Assembly (NCBI GenBank): GCA_014896485.1 | Contig: JADBKH010000005.1 | Coordinates: forward strand, 7,500 to 71,499 | DNA length: 64,000 bases | From: Bacillota bacterium | GTDB taxonomy: Bacteria > Bacillota > Bacilli > Bu12 | Direction of reading: 5' to 3' | The notes under the pieces: generated by a model | What the model saw: the letters and a program-made list of their open reading frames with translations, nothing else | What the model was told of the DNA's origin: nothing | The model's database searches: none | In this document: positions 57,233 through 64,000 of the stretch, piece after piece | Layout: every line of letters starts with the position of its first letter | How positions within the stretch are numbered: position 1 is the stretch's first letter | Position numbers and translations under genes: made by a program

Positions 57233-58921
57233 TCACAGGCGCCCAGAACGCCCAATGCCCCATAACAGCCACGTACCCGACCCGATTGCGCCGGCAGAAA
57301 AGAGTCCCAACAGAATCTCACCAAAACGCCAATGCACGTTTCCACTGAAGACGAGTACAGCAGCAGTCCCCACACACAGCAAGGCAAATCCAATGAAGAC
57401 CATTGCTGTCGAAAGCCGGTTGACCATGCGCGAAAGATGCTGCATCCATTTCTCTTCATCTCGCCGTCGCTGTGCAATGCGGACATTGAGCGCCCCTCCC
57501 TCTGTGATCGCCCAAACGTCATGCAGTTCATCGGGAAGGGCACGCAACAGGTCACGCGTTTCACGCAACGCCAGCTCCAGCTGATGCCATTCGTAACGTG
57601 GATCCAGCCGCTCCAAAAGCAGCCGGCGGCCGATCGGCTCAGCAATGGTCAGCATGTTCAATGTTGGATCCAACACATTGACGACCCCTTGCAATGTCAC
57701 CAGTGCGCGCGCCAATAAGGAGAAGTTGGCCGGAATGCGGATATGGTGGCGATAGGCCACCTGAAACAGGAGGGTAATGGTCTCGCTCAAGTCAATTTCT
57801 GAGAGAGGGACTTCCACATAACGTTGCCGAATCGTATCGACATCGCGAAAAAGCAGCTTGCGATCGACGCTTTGCGGAACGATGCCCATTGCCAACACGG
57901 CACGGGTGATTCGATCACTATCGCGCTGCACCATACCGATGGCCAGTTCTCCAAATTGTTGGCGCATATCGTCAGAAAGCCAACCGATCATGCCAAAATC
58001 GAGCAGTACGATTCGATTTTCGGACGTGATCAGCAGATTGCCAGGATGAGGATCGGCATGGAAGAGCCCATCCAAAAAGATCTGCTGAACGATCCCTTGC
58101 GTCAACCTCCGCGCAACCTGCTGCAGATCAATGCCGAGCCGCTGAAGGGCGGCTCTATCGGTGACCTTGACCCCCTCTTCGAAGGAAAGCGTCAGGACCC
58201 GCCGGGATGTCTGTTCCCAATAAACGTCTGGAATGATGAACCAGGGCCGCTGCCTGTTTTTCGAAGCGAGCAGCTCGGCATTGTGCGCTTCCTGGCGGTA
58301 ATCCAGCTCTTCATGGAGCGTACGCGCCAGTTCTTCGACGATTTCAGTGGGCCGATAAATGTCAAACGACTCAGATCGCTGCTCGAGCACCCCGGCCAAA
58401 AATGCCAATACACCCAGATCGGCTTCGATCTGCGGCTGGATTTCAGGGCGCTGAACTTTGATGACAACGTGGGTGCCATCCAGCAACCAGGCTTCATGCA
58501 CTTGACCCAAAGAAGCGGCAGCCAACGGCTGCGCCGAGATACGCGCAAAAATGCGTTCGGCCGGCGCCCCCAACTCCTCCTTGATCAACTGTAGTGCCTC
58601 TTCAAAAGGAAAGGGGGGGACTGAATCCTGTAGCTGCGTCAACGCGTCGGCGATGTCGGGTGGTATCAAATCGCGTCTGGTGGAAAGGACCTGCCCCATC
58701 TTGATGAAAGTGGGACCAAGCTGTTCAAAAACCCGCAACACCCGTTCTCCGCGCGAAAGCACCTCTTCTTCCGCATGCCGCCGATGTGGGACAAACCGGC
58801 CAAATCCCGTTTCTTCCCGGAGAAACGCAAAGCCATTCTGCGCCAAAACGTTCGCAATCTCACGCATTCTGCGCAGCCGGGAAGGGCGCAACCGTAAGGG
58901 TGATGGGCCGCGATTGATCAT
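57233..58921 (-). CDS. ABC1/UbiB (AarF) family atypical kinase
   Basis: LGPTFIKMGQ, AAASLGQVH, KVQRP, FHADPHPGN, LDFGM motifs; two C-terminal TMs. Confidence 0.93.
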   Translation of the reverse strand: MINRGPSPLRLRPSRLRRMREIANVLAQNGFAFLREETGFGRFVPHRRHAEEEVLSRGERVLRVFEQLGPTFIKMGQVLSTRRDLIPPDIADALTQLQDSVPPFPFEEALQLIKEELGAPAERIFARISAQPLAAASLGQVHEAWLLDGTHVVIKVQRPEIQPQIEADLGVLAFLAGVLEQRSESFDIYRPTEIVEELARTLHEELDYRQEAHNAELLASKNRQRPWFIIPDVYWEQTSRRVLTLSFEEGVKVTDRAALQRLGIDLQQVARRLTQGIVQQIFLDGLFHADPHPGNLLITSENRIVLLDFGMIGWLSDDMRQQFGELAIGMVQRDSDRITRAVLAMGIVPQSVDRKLLFRDVDTIRQRYVEVPLSEIDLSETITLLFQVAYRHHIRIPANFSLLARALVTLQGVVNVLDPTLNMLTIAEPIGRRLLLERLDPRYEWHQLELALRETRDLLRALPDELHDVWAITEGGALNVRIAQRRRDEEKWMQHLSRMVNRLSTAMVFIGFALLCVGTAAVLVFSGNVHWRFGEILLGLFSAGAIGSGTWLLWGIGRSGRL

Positions 58922-58930
58922 GGTGTGCCG

Positions 58931-59299
58931 TCAAGTACCTGTCGTAGGAGCATGGGGGTCCTTCTCCTGCCCCTGCTGTTCAAGCGCAGCGACACGCGCT
59001 TCCAACGCTTCAAACTCTTCCCGGCTCACCAGATGCAGTGAGTTGACGAGACGCTCTATCTGCCGACGAACTTCGGCGTTGTAACGCCGGCGCTCCTCTT
59101 CGCCGCGCTCGGCCAACTCGTCGATCAGGCGACGCGCTGTCCCTGGGGAGACTTCTCCTCGGTCTACCCACCGGTTGACCAATTCTTCCGCTTTTTCACG
59201 GGTCATGCTGAGTGCCCCTACCCCCGCCAACGCCACGCGCAGCAGAGCGCCGCTGAGACGCTCTCCGGGCAGCGGCGGACGATGCCGTCGATCTTCCAT
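58931..59299 (-). CDS. Phasin-family / PHA-granule-associated-like small coiled-coil protein
   Basis: LAGVGALSMTREKAEELV...GE and VSREEFEALEARVAALE pattern; directly upstream of the ABC1 kinase. Confidence 0.75.
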   Translation of the reverse strand: MEDRRHRPPLPGERLSGALLRVALAGVGALSMTREKAEELVNRWVDRGEVSPGTARRLIDELAERGEEERRRYNAEVRRQIERLVNSLHLVSREEFEALEARVAALEQQGQEKDPHAPTTGT

Positions 59300-59327
59300 C
59301 CCCTGATGCTCCTTTACGCACCCCAAA

Positions 59328-60197
59328 CTACGTACGTACTTCGATGTTGGCACGATTGAGCACGCGCGTATAAGGGGGCACACTTTCAGTCAACCAGACA
59401 TTTCCACCGATGACAGAGTCGTGACCAACGACCGTTTCTCCACCCAAGATGGTCGCCCCAGCATAGATGGTGACATTCTCTTCAATCGTCGGATGGCGCT
59501 TGGTGCCGCGAATCAATGCACCCACCTCGTCTCTCGGAAAGCTTAGTGCCCCGAGCGTAACACCTTGGTATAACTTTACCCGATCGCCGATGACACATGT
59601 CGCGCCGATGACCACCCCGGTTCCATGGTCAATAAAGAAAGCACGGCCAATTTGCGCACCGGGATGAATGTCGATGCCCGTTCGGCTGTGCGCTATCTCT
59701 GTCATCGTCCGTGGCAACAGGGGTACATTACGCTCATACAGCGCATGGGCCAACCGATAGATGGTCACTGCATAAAAGCCGGGATACGTCAAGGCAATTT
59801 CGTCGAGCCCGACAGTGGCCGGATCTCCCTCATAAGCTGCCTGCAGATCATCTTCGAGCATCTCCCGGATCTCGACCAAACCTGCTATCCATCGTGCGGT
59901 TTCCTCCCGCGCCCAAGCCATCACGGCACAGGTACTCCATTCGTCGCAACGATGTGCAACCGCATGGTGCATTTCATGGCTCAAACCCATGTAGAGTCGC
60001 TGCAGACGTTGCTGCAATTCCGGACCACGGCAGGCATGTTGCTGCAATGGAAAAAGCAGTGTCGTCGTCTCATCCAACAATTCGACAAGGATGCGGCGAT
60101 CCGGCAAAGGCCGAGCAGGACCTGCTGCCGCAAAACGATCGTACGCTTTTTCCAAGCCATGCGCGGTTTGCGATACCACCGCCAACATATCGTCCAT
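59328..60197 (-). CDS. cysE: Serine O-acetyltransferase (EpsC-type, long N-terminus)
   Basis: [40 protein letters not shown] motifs. Confidence 0.92.
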   Translation of the reverse strand: MDDMLAVVSQTAHGLEKAYDRFAAAGPARPLPDRRILVELLDETTTLLFPLQQHACRGPELQQRLQRLYMGLSHEMHHAVAHRCDEWSTCAVMAWAREETARWIAGLVEIREMLEDDLQAAYEGDPATVGLDEIALTYPGFYAVTIYRLAHALYERNVPLLPRTMTEIAHSRTGIDIHPGAQIGRAFFIDHGTGVVIGATCVIGDRVKLYQGVTLGALSFPRDEVGALIRGTKRHPTIEENVTIYAGATILGGETVVGHDSVIGGNVWLTESVPPYTRVLNRANIEVRT

Positions 60198-60266
60198 CGG
60201 TCATCGGCTCCTCAGCATTGCAGTTCGCTTTTCCCGCTCTCTGACGCCCTTTTTACAAATCTGTAT

Positions 60267-61058
60267 TTAAGAGGCCCGCCGGCCCGCCAATATTTCTTCC
60301 ACTAATTTCCAATCGCTGCTTTTGTCAACATCTGTACCAATCTCTGGATATTGTGAGACGATCGCCTTACCCTGCAAATGGAAGAGGTGCCCGATGTGCT
60401 CTTCTAACTCCCTGACAGAGACAATTCCCCAGACCTGACTGAGCAAGACACGTACAAACAGACCCCATCCGAGTTGTGAGGCAATGCGCAAGGGGTGCTT
60501 GCGCAGCTCAAAAAAGTGCCGAATCGCTTCTGCATTGGCGGCAATGGTGGTGGGACGGAGCAAGAAGAGATTGCCGCCTGTAAAGACCCCATCCTTCAGC
60601 TTCAAGTAGGTACGTGTCACACCGGGGTAAGCCTTTTCCGTCGCTTCTTTGGGAATGATGGGGTAGTAGATGTCTGCCTCGTATGCCGCACATTGGTGTA
60701 AAAAATCCTGCAGGGCCTGGGGCGTGAGCATCGGAATATCCGCCGTCACGGCGAGCACGCGGTCAGCCGTACCCAGCTGAGCGCACCCGTACAAGAAATT
60801 GTCAATGACGCTTCCTTGCTCTGCAAACAGCGGAATCTGTCCCGCATCGAGCACCTGCTGGAGCTGCTGGGGACCGATCACCGCGATGCGCTGTACTTCG
60901 GGCAACGCCGCAATCGCCTCACGGACATATGCGATCATGGGTTTTCCGCCGATCGGCAGCAATGCCTTGTTCGCAACACCGGCCAGCTGGGTAAGCGGTG
61001 TCTCTTCTGTCCCTGCCAAGATCAAGGCATCCACCGTCATCTTTCGGGTCACTGACAC
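60267..61058 (-). CDS. MobA-like NTP transferase family protein
   Basis: DALILAG, NKALLPIGGKPM, TADIP, DVDK motifs. Confidence 0.8.
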   Translation of the reverse strand: MSVTRKMTVDALILAGTEETPLTQLAGVANKALLPIGGKPMIAYVREAIAALPEVQRIAVIGPQQLQQVLDAGQIPLFAEQGSVIDNFLYGCAQLGTADRVLAVTADIPMLTPQALQDFLHQCAAYEADIYYPIIPKEATEKAYPGVTRTYLKLKDGVFTGGNLFLLRPTTIAANAEAIRHFFELRKHPLRIASQLGWGLFVRVLLSQVWGIVSVRELEEHIGHLFHLQGKAIVSQYPEIGTDVDKSSDWKLVEEILAGRRAS

Positions 61059-61127
61059 TTACCCTCCCCAAGTGCCGTCTCACACGATTTTAACATTTCC
61101 GTGCAGGCACCCTGCCGCAGCCCTTCC

Positions 61128-61478
61128 TCAGGAAGGTGGGCGTCGACGACGCAGGATCGCCAGCAAGGCAGGCAGCATAAAGAGTAGAAAGATGAAGGCA
61201 TTGACGATCCACCCAATCCACTGCCGACCCCCCTGCTGCTCTCCGGAGACCTGTTGTGCTTGCACCGACTGCTGCTGGGAGAGAGAGGAAGGAGGCTCAC
61301 TCTGCGGAGTTGTAGCTGCCGGTGGCACCAAAGGGGTAGGAGGTGGTACACGCGGCACGGCCGTTGCCACCCCTGCATTCCGTACAGCTGTCTCACTCGC
61401 GGCATAGACGGGTAGTTGCCCCGCCAACCAAAGCGTCAGCAGCAACACCGCAGAACCGCCCCATCGCAGCGCTCGCAT
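61128..61478 (-). CDS. Hypothetical small membrane protein
   Basis: Signal peptide, Pro/Gln-rich linker, C-terminal TM and poly-Arg; GGAGAGG SD. Confidence 0.6.
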   Translation of the reverse strand: MRALRWGGSAVLLLTLWLAGQLPVYAASETAVRNAGVATAVPRVPPPTPLVPPAATTPQSEPPSSLSQQQSVQAQQVSGEQQGGRQWIGWIVNAFIFLLFMLPALLAILRRRRPPS

Positions 61479-61687
61479 CCGTCAGCCTCTCCGCAGCAAC
61501 CCTGTGGATAGAACTTTCTTTCCTTGTGCTACTGTCATCGTACCATAGCCACTGTAGAATGGCGAAACGCCCACTGCTGGGCGCCGCCACATAGAAAGAG
61601 TAAAATGGGAGCGATCGGAGAATGGGGCCATTTGTACTTGTCCTCCCGCCTGATTAGGCTATCTCTTTTGGAAAGAAGTCGATCGTC

Positions 61688-62512
61688 GTGAGGGGAGATC
61701 AGGTAGATTCCGCCCTTTTCGTAGTCATCCTGCTCGCTGCAACACTGATGCCGTGGTTTCGCCAATCTTCTTCCGAGGCGCAACCTCAGACAAAGCCTCA
61801 GACTGTGCTGCGCGTGGTCAGTCTGGTGATGGCTTGGGTTGTCTTTGTCGTCACGCTCTTTTCCCCGCTCGCACAAAGTAACATTCACCACTGGATGGGG
61901 GGCACCGCGCTCCTGTACACCCTCCAGCCATTGGTCGGGGTTCCACTGCTGCTCACCGGGTTGCCGCCTACGTTTGATCTCGCACAGCGGCTTCGCAAAC
62001 GGCGGCTGAACCTGCTCGTCCATCCGATGCTCGCGCTGGTGCTCTTCAATACGGCCTACTCTTTGGCCTTCCATCCTTTTCTTGTCAATTGGTCGATGCA
62101 ATCGTTCGGGCACACCCTCATCACGCTGGCAGTGTTAGATCTCTTTGCCATCCTGCTGTGGTGGCCTGTCGTTCATCCATCGGAAGCCAATCCGGTCTCC
62201 GATGGGCCGGAAGTGCTCTATCTGCTCGGCAACAAGATAGCTTCCATGCCCATTGGATTTGTCTTGCTGGGCACGCAAACTAGACTCTATCCAATACCGA
62301 CACAACCACCGGTACATGGGCTTTTTACCCTCATGGTTGACCAGCAACTCGCCGCTGCCGTAATCTTCTCCGTTCCTTTGCTGATCTTTAGCGTCGCAGC
62401 GGCCGCCGTCTTTCTCCGCTGGTTTTCCGCACAACGGCAGCACGAACACGAGGGACATTGGGCTGAAGTCATTCCTTTGCCATACGGCGAATCGATGAAC
62501 ACTACAAGGTGA
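61688..62512 (+). CDS. CtaG (caa3-type) cytochrome c oxidase assembly family membrane protein, divergent
   Basis: SPL, PLLLTGLP, HP, LWWPV, DQQLA pattern of the Caa3_CtaG family; multi-TM. Confidence 0.65.
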   Translation: MRGDQVDSALFVVILLAATLMPWFRQSSSEAQPQTKPQTVLRVVSLVMAWVVFVVTLFSPLAQSNIHHWMGGTALLYTLQPLVGVPLLLTGLPPTFDLAQRLRKRRLNLLVHPMLALVLFNTAYSLAFHPFLVNWSMQSFGHTLITLAVLDLFAILLWWPVVHPSEANPVSDGPEVLYLLGNKIASMPIGFVLLGTQTRLYPIPTQPPVHGLFTLMVDQQLAAAVIFSVPLLIFSVAAAAVFLRWFSAQRQHEHEGHWAEVIPLPYGESMNTTR

Positions 62513-62543
62513 GAGCGCTGTTAGAAGTATATGTAGCCAGGTG

Positions 62544-63977
62544 CTAAAAACCTGACAACTGCTCCATCCAAGTGACGACATTACTTTGAAGCAGGCGTTC
62601 ACGATCACGGCACTGATCCAGCAACATTTCCGCCCGTTCAGCGGCAAACCAACTGCGCAAGTTATTTTCAAACTTTTCCCACAACAATGGCATGCCTTCC
62701 TTACGCCGGCGGGGATGCCCAATCGGATATTCGACTTCTACACGAGGCGTAGAACTCCCATCCTTAAAAAAGACTTGAACAGCATTGGAGATGGAGCGTT
62801 TGTCAGGATCGAGGTAATCACGGGAGTATTGTGGATCTTCGACCACTTCCATCTTCTCACGCAACGCATCGATCCGTGGATCAGCCGCACGGGCGTCGAG
62901 ATAATCTTCCGCAGTGAGCTTGCCATCCAGCAGAGCCACCGCAGTCATGTATTGGATGCAGTGATCCCGATCTGCCGGATTGTACAGCGGACCGCTTTTG
63001 GTGATGATCCGCAGGGCGGATTCTTGGGTATCGATACGAATACGGGCAATCTCGCCGATACGATCACGCACCAATGGATGAAGTTGGATGGCGGCCTCTA
63101 CCGCCGTTTGTCCGTGAAACTCAGCAGGAAAAGAGATCTTAAACAAAACGTGCTCCATCACGTAATTGCCCAACGGCTGCGCCAATGTCAAGGGGGCTCC
63201 ATGCAACACGATATCTTCAAAGCCCCACTGGGAAGCTGTCAGTGGCGTTTCATACCCCATTTCACCGCTAAGTGTCAGCAACGCCAGACGGACCCCCCGG
63301 CTAGCGGCATCACCGGCCGCCCAAGATTTGCGCGAACCTGTATTCGGCGCGTGCCGGTAGGTACGCAAGCTCCCATTGTCGATGAAAGCTTGTGAGAGGG
63401 CGCGCCGAACAGCCCCTTCATCCCCCCCAAGCAGATGGGTGGCCACCGCTGTAGAAGCGATCTTGACAAAAAGGACATGGTCCAACCCCACGCGGTTGAG
63501 GCTGGTGTTGAGCGAGAGTACCCCCTGGATTTCGTGCGCTTCAATTTCTGCGGTCAACACATCTTTGATCGTCCACGGTGGCTCACCGCGTTGCATCCGC
63601 TGCAGACTACTCCATTCGGCTGCAGCCAAAACGGCGGCAAAGTTGTCTGAGGGATGCCCCCATTCTGCCGCCAAGAAGGTGTCGTTGTAATCAAGCCAGC
63701 GGTTCATCGCCCCAATGTTGAAAGCGGCTTGTATCGGATCCAGACGAAAAGGCAATCCCGGAACATGGCAGCCATTCGGCAACGTCGCACCGGGAACGAG
63801 CGGCCCCAAAAGCCGGCGGCATTGGGGGTATTGCAGCGCCAACAGCCCACATCCCACCGCATCGAGCAAATCGAGGTAAGCTGTTTCATAGGCCTGTGGT
63901 GAAAAATCCGGTGGATGATCGACATAAGCAGCGATAGTTTCGATGACAGCATCGGCAGCCAATAGGTTCCTCCTCAC
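62544..63977 (-). CDS. prpD: 2-methylcitrate dehydratase
   Basis: [57 protein letters not shown] motifs. Confidence 0.96.
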   Translation of the reverse strand: MRRNLLAADAVIETIAAYVDHPPDFSPQAYETAYLDLLDAVGCGLLALQYPQCRRLLGPLVPGATLPNGCHVPGLPFRLDPIQAAFNIGAMNRWLDYNDTFLAAEWGHPSDNFAAVLAAAEWSSLQRMQRGEPPWTIKDVLTAEIEAHEIQGVLSLNTSLNRVGLDHVLFVKIASTAVATHLLGGDEGAVRRALSQAFIDNGSLRTYRHAPNTGSRKSWAAGDAASRGVRLALLTLSGEMGYETPLTASQWGFEDIVLHGAPLTLAQPLGNYVMEHVLFKISFPAEFHGQTAVEAAIQLHPLVRDRIGEIARIRIDTQESALRIITKSGPLYNPADRDHCIQYMTAVALLDGKLTAEDYLDARAADPRIDALREKMEVVEDPQYSRDYLDPDKRSISNAVQVFFKDGSSTPRVEVEYPIGHPRRRKEGMPLLWEKFENNLRSWFAAERAEMLLDQCRDRERLLQSNVVTWMEQLSGF

Positions 63978-64000
63978 AGATGCAATCCCTGGGGCCCGAT

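Noticed and set aside
61503..61511. Single DnaA-box-like TGTGGATAG
   Set aside because: An isolated 1-mismatch copy is expected by chance.

Overview
About 64 kb of chromosome from a moderately GC-rich Bacillota (Firmicutes) bacterium. The taxonomic call rests on Bacillus-like synteny, strong Shine-Dalgarno sites, sigma-A promoters, a CIRCE element and PurR boxes. Most genes lie on the minus strand. The housekeeping backbone, in window order, is: a fatty-acid beta-oxidation operon; the pur operon (purE-B-C-S-Q-L-F-M-N-H-D, no purK); pbuG, guaA and a MoxR/DUF58/transglutaminase trio; groESL; tatC-mog-moaC; tsaE-tsaB-rimI-tsaD; cysE; prpD. The standout is an accessory block of about 9.5 kb between tatC and groES. 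It carries a four-gene prenylated-peptide quorum-sensing locus resembling Bacillus ComQXPA but in rearranged order (X-Q-P-A): a 60-aa precursor ending ...YTVGSCW-stop, a ComQ-like Trp prenyltransferase, a PDZ/multi-TM/GAF sensor kinase and a ComA-like regulator. Its promoter carries a perfect palindrome and DnaA boxes. The same block has a 743-aa putative (alpha/alpha)-barrel protein and two Gfo/Idh/MocA oxidoreductases. No rRNA, tRNA, CRISPR array or transposase was seen. All calls come from motif reading only, with no database searches. Several starts were re-assigned from the ORF track using SD position.
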